Assembly (NCBI GenBank): GCA_052426225.1
Contig: JBNJNM010000010.1
Coordinates: 992,001 to 1,056,000, forward strand
Source: Zancudomyces culisetae HAW-14-8
Lineage: Eukaryota; Fungi; Kickxellomycota
Reading direction: 5' to 3'
Length of the DNA stretch: 64,000 nt
Shown: in pieces, positions 13,534 through 25,276 of the stretch
How positions within the stretch are numbered: position 1 is the first letter of the stretch
How the letters are laid out: every line of letters begins with the position of its first letter
Program-made: the position numbers and the translations under genes
The notes under the pieces: generated by a model
Databases searched by the model: none
Told to the model about the DNA's origin: nothing
What the model saw: only the letters and a program-made list of their open reading frames with translations

Positions 13534-16500
13534 TTTTCTAAATGATAAGTAGCAAGTTGATTGTAGTATATTATCTGTGAGCCGTTTATTAGTTATTGTT
13601 GTTGTAACTGCCTGATTTTTATATACAACGATATATACACTCGTTCTGCTATTGAAAAAGTTATATTTTGTATTCTTCTAACCACTTTATTATGTTTTTT
13701 CACTGTTTGGATTACAACTAAGGAATTAATATATACAAATAACTAGTATTCAGTAAAGCGTTTTTAAAAAGGGAATAGTTTGTATTTTTAAAATAAGCTG
13801 TTGCATTTCACTTTCAGAAAACTGTATTTATAAGGGAAATTGTTTCACGATGTACCTTTTTAAGAGTAGTAGGTGCACTCTTATTACTTACAATTTACCA
13901 TCAAACTCGCACTACATATTAAAGCTGTAGCCAGACACACAATTAATAACTAGGCGGGAATCCAATATTGCTTTATCCACTTTTTTTTTTGGTGATGGTT
14001 TTTAATTAGTTTCCGACTTGGATGTGGGTGTATTTGAATACTTATTCAGGAGACTAGACTATGTCTCCAGGTTGAGTGTGGAGACATGCATCCTACCGAT
14101 TACAATAAATTTGACAGAGAATTTCCTTCTAGTAAATTTAGGTTTGACCTAGATCTAAAATTGGTACCTAGATCCAATAGCTTTAAAATTAAGAACCCTT
14201 TAATGTGTCCATTTTTTTCGAAAAACTATTATTTGCACACAGTGAAGCATAAAAATACAACACAAATATTGAGCTGAACAGACGAACATATGGGGAATAC
14301 AAAAGAGCTTAGTTTTATGCAATACTAATTACTCGAATAAATTCCTCCCCCCCCATAGTTGGAGATTTATTGTAACCAGAATAAATCCGACGGCTTGTAT
14401 TGTAGTATCTATAGAACCATTTTCGGCAAAACGAAAAAAAAAAGAAATTATCCTCATATCCATTTGTCTTTTCTTAGATTAATACAGTGGTAGACGATGG
14501 GATAATCAGCCAAATAGAATTATAGCTTTTGGATTATCCATGTAATATATCAATCTAATACATGTGTAGTTAATATTACGCCGCACTACTAACACCATAA
14601 ATCTTTTTATTTTAGCGTTAATGGTTCCATACCTGGCTGGGAAATGTGGTGATAGAATTGAAAAAATATGTTTTAACACACGTACACATTCGCACATTCG
14701 CACATTCGCTGGCAATACCACATATTTTAATGTTGTAAAGAAAGCCAAAAGAAAATAATACACCACCCATCCAAACCCCATTATTTTATTTATTGATAAA
14801 ACATTGGCTTGTGAACCAGACAAAATGGTGCAGCCTGGAACTATTCTGTCTGAATCCTTTTGCTTGTGTTTTTGTGGTTGTTGAGCTTCGTCTCCGTTTT
14901 TATGCTGAGGTACAAATTACCAATTTCAACTTTGCATATATTATGATAGCATTCCTATTCGCTACTTAATTTTAATAATAATCCAGTAAGCCCCATATTT
15001 ACATACCATTAAGCTTAATTTGCCCAAACTGGAAAAATAAACCCATCTATAAAATTTTTTTTTCTAGACTCTTCTGGAAAGACACAAAATACCAAGGGTA
15101 AATTGAGAAAATTTTTTTCGCTATTTTGAAGAAAAAATTTTTGACATAATTTTTCAAGTTCAGAAAAAGTATAAAAATGAAGATAAAACCCCAACTTCTT
15201 GTAAAAAATTAGGGACAAAGTGCATTCCATAGACCGGGCTCTAGAAGGTGGGTATATCTGCTAATTTGTTATTGATTTATTTTGCGGATTTTATAGTGAT
15301 TAAAACATTGCACACTTTCCATTATCTTATCGACCATGGTGATAACAGTTTTCATCTTTCGCTGAGATGATTTATGCCAGTTGCTATTTATGAATTCTAC
15401 ACTTTTTCTTTTCAATCCGTAATAATGTTGTTACATGCCTTTAAGTGGATATGTAGAGAGGACTAGAACTAACAATATCTTTTGTATAAATTACAGGTTT
15501 CTTCTCAAGCCAGGCAGGTCTCTCCATTCTCATATATCTAAAGAATGTTTTTTTGAAGCAGAACTCAGAGATATATTATCTCTTATTGTAAGTTTGAGGT
15601 TTACGTTTTACATATGTTTTGGGATCAGGTAGTGGTGAAAAGGATGAGTGTTATTCTAATTCGCAGTTTCCACTATAGTGCAGTTGCAAATGCGCGACTG
15701 TATTGTGATAGCCAACAGTTTTCCTCCTTAGAAGTCTGAACATTTCACCATATACCTGATTTATTTTCTTGGTTGATTTTTCATCTGTTGAAAAATGATT
15801 CTGATAACTAATTAATGTTCGTTTACAATGTAGAATGCTTCGCTGATTTTGGTGTATCAAAATGTTGAAATCTGTATTATAGCTTGTGGGAGTGTAAGTT
15901 TTAGACAATGTTTTCCTATTTACGCTCTATGATGATATAACCAGAAAAATTTAGGAAGTGCCGTCTGAATTTTCATGACGACTTGGTTTACTGAACGATC
16001 TATCTTTTAGCTCTGTTAGCTTAAATTATTTTGTCTTGTAGACTAAAAACAATGTCATCGATTTTACTTGTATAGATCAAACCGCACCGCAGTACTCTGA
16101 TTATATTTTCAGCCATTTTGGTTGTTTTAGCTTTGTACTATAGATTTGCTTTTTAAGCTCTAATTGTTTTTTCCTAATAAACATTTTTACAAGGACTTTG
16201 ATGATGAATCTGTTATTTTGTGCCATTCCATATTTATTGTTTGTTTTTTGCAGACGTGATGTTGCATGTCGTGATTTTATGCGTGATATTTTGTGATTGC
16301 GTTTGTTAACATTGGACCATTGTTGTATAAACAAACAATTTCAATCATTGTGATTCGATATCTTTACCAAAATGATAGTTATACTTTTGCTGCGGAATTG
16401 CTTCTTTTGGCATTCATGTTTTATTGGATTTATGAACCCGATGATAACTCAAATCGAGTTAATGCACAGTACAAAAAAAATGATTTGCTGGCCTTCTTGT

Positions 16501-17308
16501 TCTTGAAAATTACCACAAAAATTCTACCAATAATATCGTTATAAACTCGTACAAATTGCCGGAAACGCTAAAAGTAATATGAAATTAATCAACTTTACTG
16601 TGTTCCTTAGCAATTATCGTATTTTTACCAATGTAGGCCAAGCATATTGGAGATAAGAATCAGCTCGCTCTTTTAATAGTAAAAAATGATTTTAGCATTT
16701 TCATCACTCAAAAAACATTTCAAACATAGATAAATAGATCAGAAAAACATCAAAAACAACACCTTTTTGTTCTTCTTATTCTGAACTTACATTAAAATAT
16801 ATGACATAGCCAAGTAGCTTGCAAGAGGACTAATAGATATTTCACCATGGAAAATACCGCCACACATACCAGCTGCAATCAAACTTTGGATAGGCTTCCG
16901 TATAATGTTCTGTCCACGATATTCTTATTGTCAGAAAATGAACAAGTGGCATTCGTATCACGATCAATGTATGAAGCCTCAAAGAACATCAAAATGATAT
17001 CAGCCTATACTCTTAGCAAATACGGCAATGAACGCACAGTAGCAGCAATAAATGAATCAGACAATACATTCTACAAACATTTTCTAAGAAACAAAGACAT
17101 CCTTATCAATCTTATCACCAAAAGCGCAAAAAACAACTACTCTCTGTTATTTCGACTTGGCGCAGAATACCAAATGGAAAATCTCCTTGTGATGTTGCTT
17201 GAAATATATCTCTCTTAACTTTGAAAAAAACATTTTTCTTGAATCAACCAATCAAATTGCAGCTTTTTTAAAGATAAGAACACAGTTTTTTAACCAGCAA
17301 AACGTACG

Positions 17309-18952
17309 ATGATGGAGGGGGTAGAAAACGACAATGACGGTAAATCCGGTACTGGAGGAGCCAAAAAACGTCAACGCACAAGTTTCCGTGATGCGGTAAC
17401 AAGACAAGGAGATGGAATCGGGATGGACAACTCGAATCAAACAGCCACATTCTCATTTGGAGCAAGGCGCAAGCAGCCACAAAACGTTCCTATGTTTAAT
17501 GACCCGAAACAGTATGTGGAAAAATCAATCTTCCACTACAGTACTGGAAAGGAAGAAAAACAAGTCAGAAGACTGACAATGAGGGGCTCAGATTCGACTA
17601 TTGGAATACAATGGTCGCAATTCGGAAAAAATTACAACTTAGGTATGCACACAGTCATACAACGCCTAGGCATATATGAGAACACAATAGATCACGATAA
17701 TGCAAACCGTACTTCGTATTGGATCTTTGAGTCTCCTGAAGTAGCTAATGAGGTTTACGAACGGATACTCATGTTCGACGGGAAAAGAGTTGAATTTTTT
17801 AAGACGGTCAAGTACAAGGAGTCTGTAACGATCATTAATGTCCCAAACTTCTCAGGGGCAGGATTCGCCAAAGACTGCGCCAAAGAAATTATGAGTGAAT
17901 TGTCCAAGTATGGAAAAGTACTTGACGCTACAGGAATGTTTGTAAGGGGATCCAAGTCTATGATCCCATACAAAATGAAGATACTCTTGGAAAATAAGGA
18001 GGAGAATGAGAATGAGATCAAGATTCCGAGCACACTGGAAATAAACGGAATCAAAGTAGCAATGTTCTGGAAGGGCTGCGACCCAATGTGTACCTACTGT
18101 AAAGGGCAAGGTCACTGGAAGAACGACTGTCCCGAGCTTGAAAGGAAAGTGGAGGAGCAAATAATTGCCAGACACGAGAGGAAAGCAAAGAAGCAGGCGA
18201 TGAAGGAGTTTACAGCTAGAGTAAAAGCAAAACTTGGACCAGTGAAGGCGGTACAAGTACAGACACCTAGATTGGATCCTGGAATGAACCAACAAAGGGA
18301 TATGAGCGTACAGCAAGAGGCTAGAATGATGCCACAGAGTGAACATACGGCCTCGAACACAGTAGGGACAAACCCACAACAGGCCAAAGGAAAAGGCTTG
18401 AAGCTTACTACGATGACCAGTAGTAGTTTTAATAGTGTTAATAGCGTTGGTAGCTTTAATAATACTAAACAAACTGGTTCAAATAAAACTATTATATCAG
18501 AAGAACTATCTTTTGTAGAACAAATTAGCAGAGAGGAGTACGAAAAGAGAAAGGCAAAGGGACAATACTACACCTCTAAAACAAAGATAGTATACCCTAA
18601 CTTACCTACTGAAAAACGAGTAGCACCACAAAATATTACACCAGATCACGTGACCACTGCGCCAGCTCAGTCAGATTCGAGATTCGAATTTCGAAATGAG
18701 GAGGGTGCGATAAACGCTGATACGTTTACAGGGGTTAGAAAACCCCAAACCCGACACCCTAAGGTGATCGACTCAGACCCATCGAGCGAGGGTGTGCAGA
18801 TGGACGAAGATTCAGAATCCGAAATGAGCTGGGAAAAAAGTGGTCAGGTGGGGATTCGAACCCAGGACCACACTCAGGGCGAATTTCAGGATGCACTGAG
18901 TCATGGCGCTGAGTCTAGCGACAATGAGGAGGGCGAAATTAGGGAAGACTAA
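17309..18952 (+). CDS. LINE ORF1 (gag-like, CCHC zinc knuckle)
   Basis: 547 aa; CTYCKGQGHWKNDC knuckle followed by a coiled-coil-like stretch and a disordered tail. Confidence 0.9.
   Translation: MMEGVENDNDGKSGTGGAKKRQRTSFRDAVTRQGDGIGMDNSNQTATFSFGARRKQPQNVPMFNDPKQYVEKSIFHYSTGKEEKQVRRLTMRGSDSTIGIQWSQFGKNYNLGMHTVIQRLGIYENTIDHDNANRTSYWIFESPEVANEVYERILMFDGKRVEFFKTVKYKESVTIINVPNFSGAGFAKDCAKEIMSELSKYGKVLDATGMFVRGSKSMIPYKMKILLENKEENENEIKIPSTLEINGIKVAMFWKGCDPMCTYCKGQGHWKNDCPELERKVEEQIIARHERKAKKQAMKEFTARVKAKLGPVKAVQVQTPRLDPGMNQQRDMSVQQEARMMPQSEHTASNTVGTNPQQAKGKGLKLTTMTSSSFNSVNSVGSFNNTKQTGSNKTIISEELSFVEQISREEYEKRKAKGQYYTSKTKIVYPNLPTEKRVAPQNITPDHVTTAPAQSDSRFEFRNEEGAINADTFTGVRKPQTRHPKVIDSDPSSEGVQMDEDSESEMSWEKSGQVGIRTQDHTQGEFQDALSHGAESSDNEEGEIRED
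18834..18903 (-). other. tRNA-like fragment (B-box, 3' acceptor strand, oligo-T) antisense within the LINE
   Basis: Minus strand reads TGACTCAGTGC..GGTCCTGGGTTCGAATCCCCACCTGACCACTTTTTT; no complete cloverleaf. Confidence 0.55.
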
Positions 18953-21900
18953 TCACCAAATCTCGACTCAGCGGGGACCAAATGTGTCAGAAATGACCAC
19001 TTGGGGACCCCAAAAATTACCATTAATACACGCAGAAATGATCAATAAGGACACTGGACAACAGGAAAAAAGGGATAACAGGAGACAAAAACTCCTGTTA
19101 TGGAACATTGATGAGCTCAAAACAAGCTCAGTAAAGCAAGCAATAAGGTATCAAGTGGGAATCGATCCTGATACCTTCCGAATAAAAAGGATTAGGCAGT
19201 ACAACAAGCGATATAGGTACGAAATAACGAACAGAAGGGACACTAATCTCGAGATTAGTGACGACAAATTAGCTAAATTAATGAAAGCCCTGAGGGCTAA
19301 TGGACGTATGGAAAGGCCGAAAAACAGGAGAGGCACCAGATACCAGCCCATACAGCATAAAATAAACAAAAATAATAGTATTAATATATGGACATACAAC
19401 ATACGAGGTATTAAAGGATCTAAAGCGGTACTAGAGCACGTGATGGCTCAGGAAGGGCCAGATATCTTAGCTTTACAAGAAACTTTACTAAGTAAAAAAA
19501 CTTATAGATGCAAATTGGCAGGATACACGTCTATTGAGTCCAAATCTGAACTGGGAAGAGGAGGAAATGGATTACTGATAGCCGTGAGAGATAAATCTGG
19601 TCTCAGAATAGAGGAATATAAATCGACACCATTCTGGATGATAGGAAAAGTCAGAGGCATATACGAAGATGGGTCTAAGATGGAGACTGTGGTCATTAAC
19701 GTACACATTCCATCAGCAGGACCAAGAAGAAAACGAGCGAAGGAAACACTCGTGGAACATCTTAGAAAGCTAAAGAATAACAATAAAGAAATTAAAACGG
19801 TAGTTCTAGGGGACTTTAATATGGATAAGAGAGGAGCTACTGCATTAATGACAAAGACTGGTATATCATTTAACCAGGCAATAATCACCAATGCGACAGG
19901 AACAAGGAGAGTAGGGAGAAAGATGGGCCGGATGATCGATCACATCTTTTATTCAGGGTTCCAAGAAAGACCAGAAAGCTGCAAGGTAGACAAGTCACTC
20001 GACTTATCAGACCACCTGCCAGTACAGGCAAAGTGGTCAATGAAGCAGCTTAGGAAAAATAATATAAAAAACAAAATGAACTTGAAAAACATCAAGGAAA
20101 GCGCGGAGGAGTTTAAAAACAACAACAGGTTTACAGCGCTGATGGAGTTGGAGGACACTGAGCAAATGGCGGAAGACTTGGAAAATGCAGTAAAGGAAAC
20201 TGCCAAAGAACTCGAAGAAAGGAGTATAAAACCAAATATAACAAGCACTAAATTATCCAAATCCACTATAATGGTTATAAATAAACGAAGATCACTGTAT
20301 AAAAAACTCCTGAAAGATTGTACAGTAGAAAGAGAGTATATTAAGATAAAAGAGAAAGCAAACAAAAAAATAAAACAAGACCAGAAAAAAGAATATATAA
20401 AGGAAATAAGAAAAATTAGCGAATACCTAACCAAGAACAAGCCGAAGCAACTCTGGGGGTGGATAAAAGCGAGGACTGGAAGGGTATCAAACAGTATTAG
20501 TAACGGACCGATCCAAAATAAACATGGCGAGGTGGTCACGGATGAAGTCATCAAGAAAAGAATCTGGGCGGATCATTTCGGGGATCTTGCTAAAGACCTC
20601 ACAGGCAATAGCAGGGATCCAACAAAATGGGAGGAATTGGACTTGGAGCAACTACAGGATGTAGAAGGCTGCGAAGAGACGATAACATGGAAAGAAATAC
20701 GGGAAGTCCTAAAAGATACCCCAAACAACAAAGCAGCAGGAATAGACGGGATCCCAAACGAAATATGGAAGCTGGTGCAAGGGGAAGAAGAGCCAACCTC
20801 GCCGTTAGCACTAGCGGTATGCAGAATGGTAAGCAGGATATTCGACAAAGGAGAAATCCCAACGAGGTGGTGTACCAGTATAGTTGTACCGGTGCCCAAA
20901 AAGGGGGACCTTACAGACCCCAACAACTATCGGGGCATTTCACTCATTCCAACCATGGTTAAACTTGTTGCAAAGATAGTTGCAACAAGACTCAACAAGG
21001 AGGATAACAGAGTGAAGCTGTTAGCAAAGGAACAAGCAGGCTTTCGCAGCCGTGAAGAGTGTGTAGCGCAAGCAACAACTCTTTATGAAATTGTCAGAAG
21101 AAGGAAATTGAACAAACAAGAAACATGGATAGCGTTTATTGACTTTGCTAAAGCCTATGATAAAGTGCCCCAGGAAGCACTACTAACTAAACTAAAGGCT
21201 GCTGGAATAAGAAAAAATTACCTGAAACTTATAAAGGGATTATATAAAGCACCTAAAATGTGCGTTCGAGTCGGAGGGGAATTGTCCCCAGTCGTAAACT
21301 ATGATTGCGGAGTTAGACAAGGTTGCCCGTTGTCACCGTTTCTATTTGATGTATACATTAACAATATATTTAATAACATAAAAGGGGTAACAGTACCAGG
21401 CCTACCTAATGTGGAACGTCTATTACCTACTAGGGTACCGGGCTTGCTTTTTGCTGACGACTTGGTGGTGCTAGCTGAAACACCAGAAGATATGGAAATA
21501 TCTTTAAAAATTATTAGTGAATGGGCTGAAAAATTTGAAATGACAGTAAACGCTGGAAAATGTGGAACTATGGCAATTAACACAGAAAAAAAATTTTCAT
21601 TTAAGATTCAAAAAAATTTTGTTCCAATCGTTGAGAGATATACGTATTTGGGATTAATTTTCAATGACAAGTGGGAATCGTCAGAAACAATTAATAATAA
21701 TAAGAAAAAAACTGAAAAGGCTTTTTTTGGAGCTTATTCATTTTTAAAAAATAATAGTATACCAATTGCAATAAGATGCAAATTTATACAAGCAGTTTTG
21801 CTACCCATAGGAGGGTACGGAGGCGAACTCTTTGGAATGAGCGAAATTCGAAGCAAGAAAATTCAGACAGTAATTGACAATGCGATGCGAACGATGATGA

Positions 21901-22736
21901 GAGCGGGTAAATCTGCAGCATTGAATAGATTGCGAAATGAACTGGGAATCCCCACAGTAAATTTAAAAGCTAGTGCGGCACGGGAAAGAGCAATTCTGAA
22001 ATGGCCGACACTGAAAACATGGATTGCAGATTTAATTTTAAACCCAATGTCAAACAGATCCAACACTTGGGTTACGGGGACGAAAAAATGGATGAAAAAA
22101 TATATTGGGTCGGACAAAACAGCGAGAAGCGTACTATTAGAACGATACTCTCGTAATGACAAATCTAAAATCTCGAGATGGTTGTTAGACAGGAATCTCG
22201 AGGGAATGAGCAATTGGATTTACCTACAACTTATATACCCTGAGCATAAGAAAGGGCTTATGGAGATAGGGAGAATAAGAACAGGTAGGTTCTGGACAGC
22301 AGAGAGGCTGGCAAAGTTGGGAACAATAGATGAAAAGTTCAAGACCAGGTGCCCATTTTGTAAAAAAAATAGCGCAGAAACCATTGAGCACATGTTACTG
22401 GACTGTAAATACTGGGCTGGAGTTAGGTATAAAACTCTGGAACGTATCCCAGATATGTCAATTATAGGAAGTGAGGAGAGAGGTAGTAGTGAAGGATGGC
22501 GGAATTTTTTTGTAGGGCGACTCCTTGGAGGGGAGTCAAAAAGAATGGTTACTCTCTCCGTTAAGAAGAGAGAAACCGAAGCACCGTCTTTGGTTGAGCT
22601 GGTAACGGCACAATTTTTGGACGGAATACGTCGAACGAGGATGCAAATCTTAGACCGACTTAGATCAGAAACAACCTCCTTGAACCAACGCCCGGTGGGT
22701 ATGGAGTCCCTAGAGGGACGGAGGGGAATTGGTTAG
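18903..22736 (+). CDS. LINE ORF2: AP-endonuclease, reverse transcriptase and C-terminal zinc-binding motif
   Basis: WTYNIRG, LALQET, LGDFN, IDHI, SDH (APE); NYRGISL, QAGFR, FIDFAKAYDKV, GVRQGCPLSP, LFADD, YLG (RT); CPFC..EHMLLDC. True start codon uncertain. Confidence 0.96.
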   Translation: MALSLATMRRAKLGKTNHQISTQRGPNVSEMTTWGPQKLPLIHAEMINKDTGQQEKRDNRRQKLLLWNIDELKTSSVKQAIRYQVGIDPDTFRIKRIRQYNKRYRYEITNRRDTNLEISDDKLAKLMKALRANGRMERPKNRRGTRYQPIQHKINKNNSINIWTYNIRGIKGSKAVLEHVMAQEGPDILALQETLLSKKTYRCKLAGYTSIESKSELGRGGNGLLIAVRDKSGLRIEEYKSTPFWMIGKVRGIYEDGSKMETVVINVHIPSAGPRRKRAKETLVEHLRKLKNNNKEIKTVVLGDFNMDKRGATALMTKTGISFNQAIITNATGTRRVGRKMGRMIDHIFYSGFQERPESCKVDKSLDLSDHLPVQAKWSMKQLRKNNIKNKMNLKNIKESAEEFKNNNRFTALMELEDTEQMAEDLENAVKETAKELEERSIKPNITSTKLSKSTIMVINKRRSLYKKLLKDCTVEREYIKIKEKANKKIKQDQKKEYIKEIRKISEYLTKNKPKQLWGWIKARTGRVSNSISNGPIQNKHGEVVTDEVIKKRIWADHFGDLAKDLTGNSRDPTKWEELDLEQLQDVEGCEETITWKEIREVLKDTPNNKAAGIDGIPNEIWKLVQGEEEPTSPLALAVCRMVSRIFDKGEIPTRWCTSIVVPVPKKGDLTDPNNYRGISLIPTMVKLVAKIVATRLNKEDNRVKLLAKEQAGFRSREECVAQATTLYEIVRRRKLNKQETWIAFIDFAKAYDKVPQEALLTKLKAAGIRKNYLKLIKGLYKAPKMCVRVGGELSPVVNYDCGVRQGCPLSPFLFDVYINNIFNNIKGVTVPGLPNVERLLPTRVPGLLFADDLVVLAETPEDMEISLKIISEWAEKFEMTVNAGKCGTMAINTEKKFSFKIQKNFVPIVERYTYLGLIFNDKWESSETINNNKKKTEKAFFGAYSFLKNNSIPIAIRCKFIQAVLLPIGGYGGELFGMSEIRSKKIQTVIDNAMRTMMRAGKSAALNRLRNELGIPTVNLKASAARERAILKWPTLKTWIADLILNPMSNRSNTWVTGTKKWMKKYIGSDKTARSVLLERYSRNDKSKISRWLLDRNLEGMSNWIYLQLIYPEHKKGLMEIGRIRTGRFWTAERLAKLGTIDEKFKTRCPFCKKNSAETIEHMLLDCKYWAGVRYKTLERIPDMSIIGSEERGSSEGWRNFFVGRLLGGESKRMVTLSVKKRETEAPSLVELVTAQFLDGIRRTRMQILDRLRSETTSLNQRPVGMESLEGRRGIG

Positions 22737-23388
22737 ATTGGTATTTTATAGGATTATTTTTTGTAGTTTTATGGGATATTTATTTAATAAATTCATCTAA
22801 CAAAAAAAAAAAAAAATGTTGCTTGAAATGCACAAAGTCACGGACTTGTCAACATACTCGGTTAGATGTGATGAAGCCTTCAAGTTTGGTGATATTTCTA
22901 TAGAGTTTGACGACGATCCTGGGTGGTTTTATGGGTACTATACAAATGAATATAAAACGTACAGTGCTAGGGTATTTATGGTAGTTGAGCGGTTCTTCCC
23001 ATACATTCGACCCTTTGGAAGATACTATGGACATCCATCCAAAAAGTTTGTTCCGACTTATGATACGTGCTTGTATATGTACAAACTCTTAATCAAACTC
23101 AAAGATAAGCTACTTCAAGTCACCTTACCTGACGGACAAGTGATTGAACGACCATACCGAGAGCTGAAGTTTTATATTAATCTTCTTTTGACATTTGTTC
23201 ATTTCTCACACAAACTGGGTGGAATTGATGTTGCAAAAATGTTTATTGAAGAAGATTTAGCAGTTACCAATGATCTTGCATCGCTTTTAAATTATACTTT
23301 TACCTGCGCACAACCTGCCATTTATTTATTCAGCCCTGCAGTAGTGAATCCGTTTATGGAAAAGCTTCCAGAAAAACCTACAGATGAT

Positions 23389-23485
23389 AATGGAAAAAGT
23401 AATGGAAAAAGTAATGGAAAAAGCAATGAAAAAGGCAATGAAAAAGGCAAAGAAAAAGGCAATGAAAAAAGCAATGAAAAAAGCG
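23389..23485 (+). repeat. 12-bp coding tandem repeat (NGKS/NEKG/NEKS)
   Basis: About 8 units of aatg(g/a)aaaa(a/g)g(c/t). Confidence 0.85.
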
Positions 23486-25276
23486 ATAGGAAAAACGATG
23501 GAGAAAGTGATGGGGAAAGTGATACAAGCTCAATTGCTACCATCAATCCTATCACGGCCGGGAATGTTTTAGCACCTTCTTTCCTTTCGAAAGATTTAAA
23601 AGTATTACTATTGATTCTTGGTGTACAGCTGAACAACCAGAAAATTATAAAGTTTCTTTTAGAAAGAGGACTTGAAAACTACCAAGCCGCATTTCTAGCT
23701 CTTCGCGCAATAGGGGAAAAAGAGAAAGCTCTGTTAATACGAGTACTGGAAATGAGCAAGATTGATATTAATCTGATTAATGAAAAAATCATTTACCTCT
23801 GTCGTCACACTATTTTAAGCAAGTCTAAGAAAGCAATTGATGTCACAAAGACCCTTATAAACACATATGGGCTTGACATGAGCAAGTTTGGCTATCTGAT
23901 TTTGCAGGCAGCGGTATCGACAAAAAACATTGAGCTTGTAAACTATTTGACAGGAAAAAAGAGTAAATATGATGGAGCAGAAGAGAAAAAATTAAAAGCA
24001 GGTCTTCGCTATAACCAGCGTTATAAAGCTGCACCGATTGATCTGCGCACACTTGAACGTAATGGTTTGAGTGAGGCATCCCAAAATTTAAAGTATAACG
24101 CTGAGATGATCAAACATCTAATTAACTGCGGTGCAAAACCAACAACTAACAACTATGAAGTCTTACTAAGTGTAATTAGAAAGGAGGATTATAGTACGCT
24201 GGAGTTTTTGTTAAAGAACGGAATAAACCTCCAAAAATGTCCTCCAAAGTTAAATGGGATAAAAACAGCTTCGCTGTATTGTAATGATAGACTAAAGATG
24301 TTAAAGTTTTTAGTTGAAAACGGTGCGGACCCGACAGTTTGCAACAATGTGGCCCTGAAATATGCATGTAGAAGCAATAGTTATGAACTGGTAAAGTATT
24401 TGCTGACAAAGGGCGTTAGTCCCAAACTTAGTGTTGCAAACGGGCTCAAAGAGCTTTGTAATGGTAAGCACTGGGACGGTAAGATTTTCCGTGCCTTGGT
24501 TGAGGGAGGAGCTAATCCAGAGACACACAAGGGCTTGGCAATGAAGAGAATGCGTGATGAAAACGATACTGTATCAATTGAGTTTATTGAAAAAAGAATG
24601 GCTAAAAAGGCTAAAGAAGCCAAAACAGCCAAAACAACTAAAACAACTAAAAGTACTAAAGGTGTCAAAAATACCAAAGTAGCCAAGGCTTCCAAAAGAA
24701 CCAAAACGACCAGAGTTTCCAAAAAGTCTAAATAACTTTAAACGAGGAATCTCATTCTTTTATTTTATTTTACTTTATTGTTAATTACTTCTAGATATTT
24801 GTGGTTTTGAATGTTTTCTAATGTTATATGCCAGTCTAATTATACTGATACTCACACTTTGTTCCTCTTGATCCACCCAGTTTATAAAATACTATAAACA
24901 ACCAAGTTGATCCATGTATAATAATAGCATCAAAATTAGTTTGTATAGTTTATGACTAAACGTATTTAGAGGTTATTGATGGCATGTGACCTGTTTTTTA
25001 AACCTTATTTATTTACCAGTTTATAACATTTTTGTGTTGCTATACAATTACAATCTCACTTTATTTTTACCATCCAATTTGAACAGAGTAAAAAAAAAAA
25101 TTGAAGAGATACAAAAATTTAAATGCAGAAATAAAAAGTAGTTAGCATAAACTGAAAATAATAAAAATAATAAAAATAATAAAACGGGGTGTTGAATGAT
25201 CAATAGGCAAACAAAGCAAAACCTTTGCATTAATTTAAAGAGTAAAATATAGACGTGAAATAAAGGATTCATCAAG

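Larger units (their letters stand above)
17206..22815 (+). mobile_element. Full-length non-LTR retrotransposon (LINE, APE-type), about 5.6 kb
   Basis: Direct repeat ATGTTGCTTGAAAT at 17192-17205 and 22816-22829; AATAAA followed by a poly(A) tail ending at about 22815; two long open ORFs. Confidence 0.97.
16847..24735 (+). pseudogene. F-box-like/ankyrin-repeat gene interrupted by a LINE (pre-insertion ORF about 754 aa)
   Basis: 5' part (16847-17205) ends ..ENLLVMLLE and 3' part (22816-24735) starts MLLEMHK; removing the LINE and one TSD copy restores a single frame. N-terminal LDRLPYNVLSTIF..VSRSMY is F-box-like; C-terminal ankyrin-like repeats (MLKFLVENGAD, ALKYACRSNSYELVKYLLTKG). Confidence 0.88.

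Noticed and set aside
14396-14420. TGTAGTATCT resembling the U2 snRNA branch-recognition region
   Set aside because: Flanking U2 sequence and Sm site are absent.
15650-16550. Hydrophobic, membrane-protein-like fragments
   Set aside because: Many stops, no consistent splice model or recognisable motif; may be a decayed gene but unsupported.
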